From Candidatus Thiovulum karukerense (GTDB lineage: Bacteria; Campylobacterota; Campylobacteria; Campylobacterales; Thiovulaceae), in contig JAMJTX010000134.1 in assembly GCA_024281215.1 (NCBI GenBank), positions 1,569 through 65,568 of the forward strand: a stretch of DNA of 64,000 nt, given 5' to 3'. The notes under the pieces were generated by a model, which made no database searches, was not told the DNA's origin, and was given only the letters and a program-made list of their open reading frames with translations. The first letter of the stretch is position 1. The number at the start of each line of letters is the position of its first letter. Positions 1-10,504 of the stretch are shown here, piece by piece. Made by a program: the position numbers and the translations under genes.

Positions 1-446
1 AGCTCAATTGGATTAATGGAGAGTATCTTAAAAAAAGAAGTCGAGAAGAGTTGGCAAAAGATTTAAATATTGAACCAACCCCAATTATTAATCTTGTTAA
101 AGATAGATGTTCAACTCTTGGAGAGCTTCAAACAGAGATTGATAAGATTCTTCTTCGACCAGAAAGCTATGATAGTAAATCAATTAAAAAACACTTTAAA
201 GAGTTGAATCGAGAGCTTTTAGAGGAGTTTTTAGAGCAACTTAAAAGTAGTGAAAATAGTTGTGAAGAGATTTTTTCATCTATTCTTGAAAAGAGTGGAA
301 CTGGAATGGTTAAATTAGCTCAACCAGTTAGAATTGCTCTTGTTGGAGTTGCTCAAAGTCCATCAGTTGTTGATGTTGTATCAATTCTTGGAAGAGATGA
401 GGTGGTTTATAGAATAGAGAAGTTCTTAGAGTCTCAAAAGGGTTAA
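1..446 (+). CDS. gltX: Glutamyl-tRNA synthetase, C-terminal part (5' end outside window)
   Basis: Reading frame is open from the window edge ([10 protein letters not shown]). Anticodon-binding tail [26 protein letters not shown]. Confidence 0.85.
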   Translation, partial: LNWINGEYLKKRSREELAKDLNIEPTPIINLVKDRCSTLGELQTEIDKILLRPESYDSKSIKKHFKELNRELLEEFLEQLKSSENSCEEIFSSILEKSGTGMVKLAQPVRIALVGVAQSPSVVDVVSILGRDEVVYRIEKFLESQKG

Positions 447-450
447 TAGT

Positions 451-1094
451 ATGATTGATAAAAAGAGGATTTATAATCCTGACTCGAAAGAGATAACAAA
501 AGAGCGAAAGATATTTGGCGGAAATCCGACGGGTATTTTTGAGCTTAATGATATTAAATATCAATGGGCTTATAATCTTTGGGAAGCGATGTTAAATAAC
601 ACCTGGTTTCCAAAAGAGGTGAATATGAATAGCGATGTCAAGGATTATCGTGATGGTCTAAGTGATAGAGAGAAGAATGCTTATGATAAAGCTCTTGCTC
701 AACTTATTTTTATGGATTCTCTACAGACAAACAACATTATTGATAATGTAAATCCATACATTACAGCACCAGAAATTAATCTTATTCTGGTTAGACAATC
801 GTTTGAGGAGGCTCTTCATAGTCAATCGTATGCTGTTATGGTTGATTCTATCTCATCAAATAGTGATGAGATTTATCAACTATGGCGAAAAGATATGATG
901 TTGAAGACCAAGAATGACTCTATCGCAAGAGTCTATGAGGAGTTAGCAGAGAAACCAACAGCTCATAACTTTCTAAAATCTCTCTTTGCAAACCAAATTC
1001 TTGAGGGGATCTACTTCTACTCTGGTTTTGCATATATATATGCTCTTGCAAAGAGTGGAAAGATGTTAGGAAGTTCTCAGATGATCAAGTTCAT
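451..1094 (+). CDS. nrdB: Class Ia ribonucleotide reductase beta subunit, exon 1
   Basis: [33 protein letters not shown] motifs. Similarity stops at MIKFI, followed by intron sequence. Confidence 0.95.
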
Positions 1095-2023
1095 TAAATT
1101 AATAGTGACTATATAACAGAAATGTATATAGAAAACCTCCTTAAAACGGGAAACTCTGACCGAGTCGTGTCGAAGACAATCCGTTGCTAAAGAGTGCTTT
1201 AAGTTGTCTTATCTTACAGTATCTCATCTCGACAAAAAGGATATTAAGATGAGACAAATCTTGGATTATCCAAACTATTCAGTAACATCTGATGGAAAAG
1301 TTATCTCAAATCAGAGAGTTGCAGGAAGAAGTGGAAAGGGTATCAGTACAAAAGAGAAAGAGTTAGCACAGATGTATAATCAAAGAGGCTACAAAATGGT
1401 AAATCTTATTAGAGATAAAAAATCGAAAACAAGATATGTTCATAGATTAGTAGCTCAAGCTTTTATACCTAATCCAGATAATTTACCTCAAGTCAATCAT
1501 ATTGATGGTAATAAAGAGAATAATGATGTTGCTAACCTTGAATGGGTATCAGCAAAAGAGAATAATCATCATGCATTAAGAACTGGACTTAGAACAGGTC
1601 AAAAGGGTAGTGCAAACTCTCAATCCAAGCTACAAGAAGAAGATGCAATTAAAATAATTCATTTAGTTATGCAGGGACTATCTAATATAGAGATAGCAGA
1701 ACAGTTTAAACTGCACGATAGATATGTCTCTTTAATCAGAGGTAAAAAAAGATGGAAACATTTATGGGAGACAATGTATCAAAATGAAGAAGTTCCATAT
1801 TCTTGTAGAAAAAGAACAAAAGCATTTAATGCCGAACGACTATCGAAAGCACAGCTTACAGAAAAGCTGGAAGCGAGTAGAGTAGAATCAAGTGATTCGA
1901 AACGGGAGGACTCTTAGCAGAATCAATGATTGCTGAAGAGTGTGATATAGTCTGCTCTATATGGAAACATATAGCTGGATATAGTTCCGGAGTAAGATTA
2001 ACGACCTTACTTGAACATCAAGG
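1095..2023 (+). ncRNA. Self-splicing group I intron (IA2-like) in nrdB
   Basis: Exon ends in U1094, which forms a U.G pair in P1 (TCATTA/TAGTGA). Intron ends in G2023. P3 CCTCCT 1136-1141 / GGGAGG 1904-1909. P7 GACTAT 1838-1843 / ATAGTC 1947-1952. P4 AACGG/CCGTT. P9 ATATG-GAAA-CATAT. Joining gives TTC AT|A CAA AGA GAC GAG. Confidence 0.93.
1249..1917 (+). CDS. Intron-encoded HNH homing endonuclease (NUMOD4/I-HmuI-like)
   Basis: [12 protein letters not shown]-terminus and [39 protein letters not shown] core. ATG at 1249 follows AAGG (ORF track starts it at TTG 1204). Confidence 0.9.
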   Translation: MRQILDYPNYSVTSDGKVISNQRVAGRSGKGISTKEKELAQMYNQRGYKMVNLIRDKKSKTRYVHRLVAQAFIPNPDNLPQVNHIDGNKENNDVANLEWVSAKENNHHALRTGLRTGQKGSANSQSKLQEEDAIKIIHLVMQGLSNIEIAEQFKLHDRYVSLIRGKKRWKHLWETMYQNEEVPYSCRKRTKAFNAERLSKAQLTEKLEASRVESSDSKREDS

Positions 2024-2423
2024 ACAAAGAGACGAGGTGACACACCTCTTAATTTACCAAAATATGATTAAAGATCTGAAGAAAGAGAGACCAGACCTAT
2101 TTACAACTCAGCTCATTGAAGAGGTTGAAGATATGTTTAAAGAGGCAGTTGAACTTGAGACAGCTTGGGGTAAATATATTACCGATGGAGAGATTCTTGG
2201 ATTGACAGATAAACTTATTGAAGATTACATCAAATATCTTGCAAATCAGAGACTCTCAAAAGTTGGTATGCAACCTCTATATTTAGTTAATGAGAATCCT
2301 CTTAAATGGGTTGATGATTTTGCAAAGTTTAATGACCAGCGAACAAACTTCTTTGAGGGGAATGTTACCAACTACACAAAAGGTTCATTAACCTTTGAAG
2401 ATGACTGGGATAGAGACTTTTAA
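2024..2423 (+). CDS. nrdB: Class Ia ribonucleotide reductase beta subunit, exon 2
   Basis: QRDEVTH second iron-ligand motif and [11 protein letters not shown] tail. Spliced CDS is 644+400 nt = 347 aa plus stop. Confidence 0.95.
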
Positions 2424-2584
2424 TAGTTTCTGTTATTACCATAGATGAGTTAGTGATCTATCACTGAGATCGAAAAGATAGATAGATTATAATTCGCAAT
2501 CAATTTTACCCCCTAAAGAGTTTGGGGGTTACCAAATTTCTTTAAGGGAGAGGTGCTAGATTCAGTTTTAGTGCCAAATATAGT

Positions 2585-3598
2585 ATGAGCCTAAATAGTA
2601 TCAATTTAGTAGAGGAGATAGAGCGACTTAAGAGAGAGCTTGATGTTACTGTTGTCGCTCACTTCTATCAGAAAGATGAGGTTTTTCAGTTAGCTGATAT
2701 AACTGGTGACAGTCTAGAACTTGCAAAAAAGACAGTCAGTAGTGATAGTGAGTTTGTTGTCTTTTGTGGTGTAGGTTTTATGGGTGAGAGTGTTAAAGTT
2801 CTTAATCCAGAAAAGAGAGTAATTATGCCTAAAATGGCTTGTTGCTCAATGGCACAGATGATTGATGGAAACTACTATGATAAATCTATTGAGATTCTTC
2901 AGAAGAGCGGTGTCGCTAAAGAGAATATTATGCCCATTACATATATCAACAGCAGTGCTGAAGTAAAAGCAAAAGTTGGAGAGATGGGCGGAATGGTCTG
3001 TACAAGCTCAAATGCTGAGATGATTATTACCAATGCTCTGGATAGTGGAAAGAAGATTCTCTTTGTTCCTGATAGATGTCTTGGACAGAATATTGCAAAT
3101 AAGATGGGATTAAAATCATCGATTGTTAATATTCTTGATGATAGGGCTGATGAGGTTCATCAAGAAGCAGATGTTATCTGTTATGATGGTTTCTGTTCTG
3201 TCCATCAGCTCTTCTCAACTGATGATATAGATTTCTACCGAGAGAAGTATCCAGATATTCTTGTAGCTGTTCATCCAGAGTGCGATCCAGCTATTGTTGA
3301 GAAATCTGACTTCACAGGTTCAACTTCACAGCTGATTAAATATATCAAAGATTTACCAGAAGATCAGAAAGTTGTTGTTGGAACTGAGTTTAATATGGTC
3401 AATAGACTGAGAGAGAAGAATACTTATGTTCTATCTTCAACAAAACCAGAATGTCCAACAATGAATGAGACTACCCTTGAGGATCTATATCGAACTCTTA
3501 AAAGTATCGAAGATGGTGAGCCATTCTATGAGGTTGAATTGGATTCAACTGTTCAGCAAAATGCAAAACTTGCTCTTGAGAGAATGTTAGCTCTTTAA
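2585..3598 (+). CDS. nadA: Quinolinate synthase
   Basis: AHFYQ, GDSLELA, FCGVGFMGES, TYINSSAEVKA, HPEC motifs. Confidence 0.95.
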   Translation: MSLNSINLVEEIERLKRELDVTVVAHFYQKDEVFQLADITGDSLELAKKTVSSDSEFVVFCGVGFMGESVKVLNPEKRVIMPKMACCSMAQMIDGNYYDKSIEILQKSGVAKENIMPITYINSSAEVKAKVGEMGGMVCTSSNAEMIITNALDSGKKILFVPDRCLGQNIANKMGLKSSIVNILDDRADEVHQEADVICYDGFCSVHQLFSTDDIDFYREKYPDILVAVHPECDPAIVEKSDFTGSTSQLIKYIKDLPEDQKVVVGTEFNMVNRLREKNTYVLSSTKPECPTMNETTLEDLYRTLKSIEDGEPFYEVELDSTVQQNAKLALERMLAL

Positions 3599-3605
3599 AT
3601 CAGAC

Positions 3606-3628
3606 AGGGGGGCTTTATAACCCCTCCT
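3606..3628. terminator. Hairpin between convergent nadA and pgk
   Basis: AGGGGGG...CCCTCCT inverted repeat between the two stop codons. Confidence 0.55.
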
Positions 3629-3647
3629 ATTTATATTGCAAATAGTA

Positions 3648-4847
3648 CTAATTTTCCTCTTTTACAAGAGGTACAACACCTGGAAGAACTTTCCCCTCAA
3701 TTAGCTCAAGAGAAGCTCCACCACCTGTTGAGATAAAACTCATATCCTCATCAAGACCTGTTCGTTTAATAAGGTCAGCAGTATCACCACCCCCAATAAC
3801 AGTTGTTGCAAAACTATCAGCAACAGTATGAGCAAGTTTAAAGCTACCTCGAGAGAACTTCTCAATCTCATAAACTCCCATCGGTCCATTCCATAGAATA
3901 GTCTGAGAGTCTCGAATCGCAAGTTGGAAATATTTTACAGAGGCTGGTCCAATATCTAACCCCATCCACTTATCAGGAATCTCTTTTGTTGTTACAGCTT
4001 TAATTGTAGCCTTATCTGAGAATTTATCAGATGCAATAACATCAACAGGCAGGAATAACTTAACACCAAGTTTTCTAGCCTCTCTCATAATATTGAGAGC
4101 CTCCGGCATTAGATCATCTTCAACAATTGAGTTTCCAACATCTTCACCCATAGCTTTAAGGAATGTAAATGCCATTCCTCCACCAATTACAAGTTTATCA
4201 ACTCTTGGAAGAAGATTTTGAAGAGCCTCAAGTTTTCCAGAGACTTTACTTCCACCAACAATTGCTGTAAATGGTCTTGCTGGAGCATTGAGAAGTTTTG
4301 AGAAGAACTCAATCTCTTTTTGAAGTAGGAATCCAGCAGCCTTTTTCCCAACTTCAAAATATTCTGTAATTCCATTAACAGATGAGTGGGCTCGGTGGCT
4401 AACACCAAAAGCATCATTTATATAGAGTTCAGCAAACTCAGATAGAGCCTTTGAGAACTCCTCATCGTTTTTTGTCTCACCAGCTTCAAATCGGAGGTTT
4501 TCAAGAAGAAGAACCTCCCCAACTTTAAGATTTTTAGCTTTCTCTTTTGCATCATCTCCAACAACATCATCAGCGAGTTGAATATCCATATGGAGAAGAC
4601 TGTGGAGTCGTCTCTGAACAGGCTTCAGAGAGTATTTTGGATCATACTTACCTTTTGGTCTTCCAAAGTGAGAACCAAGGACAACAGAGGCATTATTATC
4701 TAAACAGTACTCAATTGTTGATAGAGCCGATCTAATTCTTCTGTCGTCTGTAATATTTCCAAATTCATCAAGTGGAACATTGAAGTCACATCTGATAAAT
4801 ACCTGTCTTCCCTCTAAGTCTAAATCTTTAAGGTTGTATAGTGTCAT
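3648..4847 (-). CDS. pgk: Phosphoglycerate kinase
   Basis: [43 protein letters not shown]. Confidence 0.98.
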   Translation of the reverse strand: MTLYNLKDLDLEGRQVFIRCDFNVPLDEFGNITDDRRIRSALSTIEYCLDNNASVVLGSHFGRPKGKYDPKYSLKPVQRRLHSLLHMDIQLADDVVGDDAKEKAKNLKVGEVLLLENLRFEAGETKNDEEFSKALSEFAELYINDAFGVSHRAHSSVNGITEYFEVGKKAAGFLLQKEIEFFSKLLNAPARPFTAIVGGSKVSGKLEALQNLLPRVDKLVIGGGMAFTFLKAMGEDVGNSIVEDDLMPEALNIMREARKLGVKLFLPVDVIASDKFSDKATIKAVTTKEIPDKWMGLDIGPASVKYFQLAIRDSQTILWNGPMGVYEIEKFSRGSFKLAHTVADSFATTVIGGGDTADLIKRTGLDEDMSFISTGGGASLELIEGKVLPGVVPLVKEEN

Positions 4848-4856
4848 GGTAATAAC

Positions 4857-5858
4857 CTACTTTTGACTCACAAAAACAGCCATATCTACAAGTCGGTTTG
4901 AATAACCCCACTCATTATCGTACCAAGCCATAACTTTAACCATATTGCCATCGATAACTTGAGTTAAATCCTCTGCAACAATTGAGCTATTTGAATCCCC
5001 TTGGAAATCTTGAGATACTCTGTATTCGCTATCAATTGCGATAATACCTTTTAGTTCTCCCTCAGCTTTCTCTCGAAGAATCGCATTAACCTCCTCTTTA
5101 GTTGTGTTCTTTTTAACGAGAACATTTAGATCAACCATAGATACATTTGGAGTTGGAACTCTTACACTCTGACCGTGAAGCTTCCCTTTGAGTTGTGGAA
5201 GGACAAGACCAATAGCCTTTGCTGCACCTGTTGTTGTAGGAATCATATTAACAGCAGCAGCTCTTGCTCGTCTCTTGTCTTTTTTATGTTTTACATCAAG
5301 AATATTCTGGTCATTTGTGTAGCTGTGGATAGTTGTCATAAGACCCTTGTCGATACCAAAAGCATCATCAAGAACTCGTGCAACTGGTGCTAAACAGTTT
5401 GTTGTACAACTAGCATTTGAGACAATATCTTGACCCGTATACTCCTCGTTATTAACACCGATAACAAAAGTATCAGTATCATCTTTAGCAGGAGCTGAGA
5501 ATACAACTTTTCTAACACCATCTTTAAGATGAACTTGAGCTTTCTCTTTTGTTAAAAATACACCTGTACATTCAAGAACAACCTCTGCACCTAACTCACC
5601 AAAGTTTAAGTTGTTTGGATCTTTATCAGATAACATCTTAACCTTCATATCACCCATTCTGATATAAGCATCTTCAAGAAGCTCTGTCTCAATATCAAAA
5701 TGTCCATGGACACTATCATTATCTAAAAGGTACTTAACCATATCTGGTTCTGCTAAATCATTGATTGCCACAAGCTCAACATCACTTCTCTTTGTGATGA
5801 TTCTTGCTACACTTCTACCGATACGACCGAAACCGTTAATTGCAACTTTTAATGCCAT
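4857..5858 (-). CDS. gap: Glyceraldehyde-3-phosphate dehydrogenase type I
   Basis: INGFGRIGR, SNASCTTNCLAP, WYDNEWGYS. Confidence 0.98.
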   Translation of the reverse strand: MALKVAINGFGRIGRSVARIITKRSDVELVAINDLAEPDMVKYLLDNDSVHGHFDIETELLEDAYIRMGDMKVKMLSDKDPNNLNFGELGAEVVLECTGVFLTKEKAQVHLKDGVRKVVFSAPAKDDTDTFVIGVNNEEYTGQDIVSNASCTTNCLAPVARVLDDAFGIDKGLMTTIHSYTNDQNILDVKHKKDKRRARAAAVNMIPTTTGAAKAIGLVLPQLKGKLHGQSVRVPTPNVSMVDLNVLVKKNTTKEEVNAILREKAEGELKGIIAIDSEYRVSQDFQGDSNSSIVAEDLTQVIDGNMVKVMAWYDNEWGYSNRLVDMAVFVSQK

Positions 5859-5939
5859 AAAAACCCTATTCCTATTTTGTATTTAAAATCTATTTTTAAT
5901 TTTAGCAAAAAATATTAAAAAAGAATTGTGTGTGAAAGA

Positions 5940-5979
5940 AATCACCTTACCCCATACTATGTAAGAGTATGAGGTGATT
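5940..5979. terminator. Hairpin downstream of the lipoprotein gene
   Basis: AATCACCT..CATACT / AGTATG AGGTGATT inverted repeat just past the minus-strand stop at 6001. Confidence 0.4.
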
Positions 5980-6000
5980 ACAGTTTGTTAATCAAGTCTA

Positions 6001-6393
6001 TTATATAACAGGTGGTTGAGGGGGAAACTCATCATTAGTTGAAGTTGGAATAGGGTGAGGCACAGCTCGATTTACTTTTGTTCCATCTGTTAATTCTATA
6101 CACTCTTCACCCTCACATACAGGAGTTGGCTCAATAGTATCTTCTTCACTTGAATCACTGCTATTTGATGTTGGCTCATCACTACTAGAGGGGTTGTCTG
6201 AACTTGAGTCAGATGTTGATGAACTACTATTTGCAGGGGGAGGTGATTGATTATCAGATGTTGAACTATTGTTGGGAGAGACCTCTGTTCCACCAGTATC
6301 ATCTTGAAGATTTGTACTGTTATCATTACACCCACTCAATAGAGCTGCTGCTCCAATCATTAGTGCCAATATATATTGTTTATCTATTCTCAT
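6001..6393 (-). CDS. Small Ser/Pro-rich lipoprotein
   Basis: LSGC lipobox, low-complexity Ser/Asp linker, CEGEEC and Pro-rich C-terminus. Start overlaps the upstream stop. Confidence 0.75.
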   Translation of the reverse strand: MRIDKQYILALMIGAAALLSGCNDNSTNLQDDTGGTEVSPNNSSTSDNQSPPPANSSSSTSDSSSDNPSSSDEPTSNSSDSSEEDTIEPTPVCEGEECIELTDGTKVNRAVPHPIPTSTNDEFPPQPPVI

Positions 6394-8894
6394 TCAGCAA
6401 TCCTTTTTGTAAATAACTTTCCGTTATTAAGATAGAGAATATAATTACTGCTTAAATAGTTCATAAAGAGAACTCTTGAGTTACTGTCATAACTATTGAT
6501 AAAGCTATCACTACTATAAGCACTCTCTCGAATTAGAGCTGAATTACCACTCTCATCACTCTCAAGTCTATATGAATAGACACTACTTGCAACAGTTGAA
6601 GGAGAGTAGCTATTCCCATCATTCTGAATTGGTAATACAACTCTACTATCTTTATATCCAAATGTTTTACCAGAGTAATAGACTGGTGAGAAGTTATGAT
6701 AATCACCTATTGTTCGACTTGCCAACTCAACAGGTGTATCAATCACCTCTACATCAATAGCTCTTAGGGTAACTCCTCCATCTATACCTTTCTCATCAAC
6801 CTCTTGACCAACTAAAAACAGCCTCTTATCGTCAGTTGAGTAGTGTATATAGCTATTTTTACCATTAAGAGTGATAGAGCCTCCACTCTTTCTTGGAGCT
6901 TCTAAATCACTTAAGTCTATTAAGTAGAGAGGTTTATTAGCACTCTCTGATGATGCAACTGCTATATCGTCGTAAAACTTAACCCCCTCTAAGAAGTATC
7001 TATAATCAACAATATCTTGAAGAGTTCCAAGAGAATCAAATGTGCCATCACCCTTATCTTTCAGAATATCTATTCTTCCTCGTCCCTTATCTCCAGTTGA
7101 TAATTCACTCCGTGAAGCAACTCGAATTACACCACTATCTACACTACTCTCATCTAAACTAAATCGATCGATTAAAGATGAGTTCAGTTCGGTAGAAGCA
7201 ACATATTTAGGCTGATATTTAAAATAGAACTTATGGATATCTGTTCGTCCAGTTGTCTCTTCAAATGAGACTCTGTGAGGCGACTGAGAAGATGTGAAAT
7301 ATATACTACTCTCTGTAAATTTTACTAAATCCATCTCGCCCATAACTGTTAGGCTAGTAAGAAGTTTTCCACTCTCTATATTAAACTGTGAAACAGTATA
7401 TAGATCACTGTTTTGAGCTAAATTGCTTGATGCATAAAACTGTTTTGGGTCTTTAATCAACTCTTGCCAAACTCCAGTAGAGTCTGAATATTTTGGAGTT
7501 AAATAGCTCTCTTTCAGATCTGGATATTCATAGTTGTAACGATATAGAGTTCCATTTTCATCAGATTTTACATCATAACATCTCGCTCTATAATCTGCTG
7601 TATCTTCTGGATTAAAACAGCTATCACTCTGTTGAAGAAGAACTCGTGGATATTGAAGTTCTACACATGGTTCAAACTTTGTAATAACATATAGACTATT
7701 GTCAATTAACCTTGAACTATTAACCTCTCCATCAATGAAGATATCTCTTTTAGCTCGATATCCAATAGGATTGAGATTCAAGTCGTGAATAGTAATAGCA
7801 CTCTTCTTTTCTCGACATCTTTCAGCAAATGATGGAGATATTTTTGTGTCATTAATAGTCGAGAAACTAATTAATCTTCCACCACTGATAGCGAAATTTT
7901 TTAGAGAAGATGTTTTAAGTTGTCCATTTTCACTATACTCTAATTTAAACTCTTTTGGAGTGAAAACATCATTTGAGGCAAACCTACTTATCATTCCAGC
8001 TCTAACAGAGTTATCTTGCTTATAAAAAATATACTCATTGTACTCTTTGATAGTATCTGGAATCTCAACTCCATTGTATCTCTTCTCAAATCCACTATTA
8101 CCGTTTGTAATGCCATTGCTAACAATAGTATAACTATCTGTAACTGTTGTATCAGTCTGGAATATGTCTATTGATTCACTCCAGTTCCAGTAGTTCTGTT
8201 CTCGATTATTTATAACCAAGGTTTTTGATATATGATTATGGACACTATCTAGTGTTGTAAATGATGAGGTGATTTGATCGTCGCTACCTGTGAGGAGAAG
8301 CTCCCCTCCTCGCTTTGCTAAATCAACTGTTCTCTCTTCTGGCGAATAGAGCCAAAATCCTCTTTTACTATTAAGCTCATCAACCTCTGGAAAGTCAAAA
8401 AATGTGTAGTCTCGATTTGTCTGCCATTGCGAGTCTCTATCATACTTCCATATTTTAAACTCACTTAAAACTTTAGGGGAGATCACAGCATTGAAAGGGA
8501 TAGATAGAAGATTCCAGCCACGAGAGACGGTTACAGAGTCAAGAAGTTGAGATGATAGAGATGGTTCGTTACTCTCACTAACTGTTAAAGTCCAGTTGTT
8601 GTAACTAAAGACCCAGAGACCTTGCCACCGCTTAACTCTGTTTAATCGATTAATATTCTGACTATCAATAGCAGAAAGGACAGAAGTTTCAGGTGAGAAA
8701 CCTTCCCAGTCATTATATTCACTGTTGTAGCTCCAGACAAGTCGAACATCAGAGCGGTTAAATAGCCTCATATTCTCTGTATCAGCTGGAAGACCAATAA
8801 GTTGCCAACCACTCTTCATATTAATAGAGTACTCTTTTCCCCAGACAACGGAGTACATCAACACCATTAATATAAATAGATTTCTTTTCAACAT
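6390..8894 (-). CDS. Secreted beta-propeller-domain protein with N-terminal tandem GWxL/Trp module
   Basis: Signal peptide. Two GW(Q/N)L..W.Y...W..G(L/F)W repeats. C-terminal part resembles Beta_propel family (IDGEVNSSRLIDNSLYVIT, DRFSLDE, PLYLIDLSD). Confidence 0.65.
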   Translation of the reverse strand: MLKRNLFILMVLMYSVVWGKEYSINMKSGWQLIGLPADTENMRLFNRSDVRLVWSYNSEYNDWEGFSPETSVLSAIDSQNINRLNRVKRWQGLWVFSYNNWTLTVSESNEPSLSSQLLDSVTVSRGWNLLSIPFNAVISPKVLSEFKIWKYDRDSQWQTNRDYTFFDFPEVDELNSKRGFWLYSPEERTVDLAKRGGELLLTGSDDQITSSFTTLDSVHNHISKTLVINNREQNYWNWSESIDIFQTDTTVTDSYTIVSNGITNGNSGFEKRYNGVEIPDTIKEYNEYIFYKQDNSVRAGMISRFASNDVFTPKEFKLEYSENGQLKTSSLKNFAISGGRLISFSTINDTKISPSFAERCREKKSAITIHDLNLNPIGYRAKRDIFIDGEVNSSRLIDNSLYVITKFEPCVELQYPRVLLQQSDSCFNPEDTADYRARCYDVKSDENGTLYRYNYEYPDLKESYLTPKYSDSTGVWQELIKDPKQFYASSNLAQNSDLYTVSQFNIESGKLLTSLTVMGEMDLVKFTESSIYFTSSQSPHRVSFEETTGRTDIHKFYFKYQPKYVASTELNSSLIDRFSLDESSVDSGVIRVASRSELSTGDKGRGRIDILKDKGDGTFDSLGTLQDIVDYRYFLEGVKFYDDIAVASSESANKPLYLIDLSDLEAPRKSGGSITLNGKNSYIHYSTDDKRLFLVGQEVDEKGIDGGVTLRAIDVEVIDTPVELASRTIGDYHNFSPVYYSGKTFGYKDSRVVLPIQNDGNSYSPSTVASSVYSYRLESDESGNSALIRESAYSSDSFINSYDSNSRVLFMNYLSSNYILYLNNGKLFTKRIAE

Positions 8895-9039
8895 TTTATA
8901 AACCCTTATACAATCTCAACTACATTTTAATTAAAGATAGAATCGCTTAAAGTAAAATAAATTTTAATCCGAAATATATCTAAATTCGGAGTTTTAAATA
9001 ATGTTAAAATTCTAACAAAAAAAGTGGTAAAGTTATTTT

Positions 9040-9534
9040 ATGCATAAAAGCCTCAATATCTTCTATATCTTTATTGCACTATTAGGAGAGCTTGTAGGAG
9101 CTACTTGGATAGACTCAAACACATATCTCATGTGGGAAGTAAAAAATGAGTATAACATAATGTATGAATATGATTGGAGAGAGGCAAATGATTATTGCGA
9201 ACATCTAGTATTAGATGGCTATGATGATTGGTGGTTACCATCAACTTCACAGTTGCGAACCATCTCCAACATAAGACTCTATGGAGAGTATAATGAGAAC
9301 TGGGATAGTTGGTTTTTACGAAGTGAGCGATATAAAAATAATGGTTATTTCATACGATCTGAACTCCAGTACAATATGGGAACAGAGGGAGATTACTGGT
9401 CTCTTTCAGATTATGCAAGTACTGCTAGAAGTGAAGAGGAGGAGGCTTGGTTTGTCGATTTTGAGGCTGGTTACGATGACTGGACATACACATCGAGCCA
9501 ACACTATGTTAGATGTGTTAGAAGCTCCTATTAG
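9040..9534 (+). CDS. DUF1566 / Lcl-domain secreted protein
   Basis: LMWE..W.EA..YC..L.LDGYDDWWLPS..QL, YWS, AWFVDF, YVRCVR. Confidence 0.85.
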   Translation: MHKSLNIFYIFIALLGELVGATWIDSNTYLMWEVKNEYNIMYEYDWREANDYCEHLVLDGYDDWWLPSTSQLRTISNIRLYGEYNENWDSWFLRSERYKNNGYFIRSELQYNMGTEGDYWSLSDYASTARSEEEEAWFVDFEAGYDDWTYTSSQHYVRCVRSSY

Positions 9535-9544
9535 GTTAAATTAG

Positions 9545-9895
9545 ATGGTAGTTGTAGATTGTAAATCTCCTATCTCTCAGGAGATATTAAAAAGAGTTTT
9601 AAAAGAGTCTATTGAGAGTAGATTAGAGAATAGTCACATTGAACTGATTGTTACTGATAGAGATGATATTAGGGGTTCTAATGTGGTCAATATTTCTCAT
9701 CTCCAACCACCTTTAAAACAAGAGGCTATTATTACTCTTATGAACGAGAGAGAGAGGCAATCAAATTTAGAGGCTAAAAAAGATTGTGATTGTAGTGAGG
9801 AGTTAGCAACTCTTAAAAGGGAGATTTTTGAACTTTTAACTGTCAGCAGTCAAGAAAGAGATAGAAAGATAGAGGCTCTTTTTGAAAAAAAATAA
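9545..9895 (+). CDS. Hypothetical protein
   Basis: ORF lies between the DUF1566 gene and rsmD and overlaps the rsmD start. Confidence 0.6.
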   Translation: MVVVDCKSPISQEILKRVLKESIESRLENSHIELIVTDRDDIRGSNVVNISHLQPPLKQEAIITLMNERERQSNLEAKKDCDCSEELATLKREIFELLTVSSQERDRKIEALFEKK

Positions 9896-10469
9896 CTATA
9901 TACATATAAACTCTGGTAAATATAAGGGTAAAAAAATACTGCTTCCCGATGTAGAGACAACTCGTCCCTCTAAATCAATTGTTAGAAACTCAATTTTCGA
10001 TACCCTCCAAAATGAGGTATATAACAAAACTTTTATAGAGCTGTTTGGTGGAAGTGGGTCTGTTGGATTTGAAGCGATAAGTCGAGGAGCTTCTCAACTA
10101 TATCTGTTTGAGATGAATCGAGTTGCCCTAAAGACTCTTCAGCAGAACAGAAAGAGTTTTTCAGATGAGAATATTGAGATTATCGGAGGAGATAGTTTTC
10201 AAAATATCTATACAATTTTAGATAAACTACAAAACAATAGTTCAATTCTATATATTGATCCACCTTTCTCAATTCGAGATGGAATGGAGAATATATATAA
10301 TAAGCTATATGATTTAATAGATGAGCTTGTTGAGAGTAACAAGTTTAAATATATAATTATTGAACACTTATCTACGGAAAAACCTAAAGAGAGTTTTAGA
10401 AGCTTTTCTTTAAATAAGAGTAGAAAGTTTGGAAAAACAACTCTCTCCTATTATTTTCTAAGCAAATAG
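9882..10469 (+). CDS. rsmD: 16S rRNA m2G966 methyltransferase
   Basis: INSGKYKG, TRPS, LFGGSGSVGFEAISRGA, YIDPPF. Confidence 0.92.
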   Translation: MKKNNYIHINSGKYKGKKILLPDVETTRPSKSIVRNSIFDTLQNEVYNKTFIELFGGSGSVGFEAISRGASQLYLFEMNRVALKTLQQNRKSFSDENIEIIGGDSFQNIYTILDKLQNNSSILYIDPPFSIRDGMENIYNKLYDLIDELVESNKFKYIIIEHLSTEKPKESFRSFSLNKSRKFGKTTLSYYFLSK

Positions 10470-10504
10470 TCTTATTCGGGATTAATCACCCGAATCTCTA
10501 TCTC

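Noticed and set aside
1926..2023. N-terminal part of ORF 1926-2423 as real protein
   Set aside because: It is intron P8-P9 sequence read in frame with exon 2.
451..2423. nrdB as a pseudogene or split gene with a free-standing HNH gene
   Set aside because: Precise group I splice junctions restore the frame and the conserved motif.
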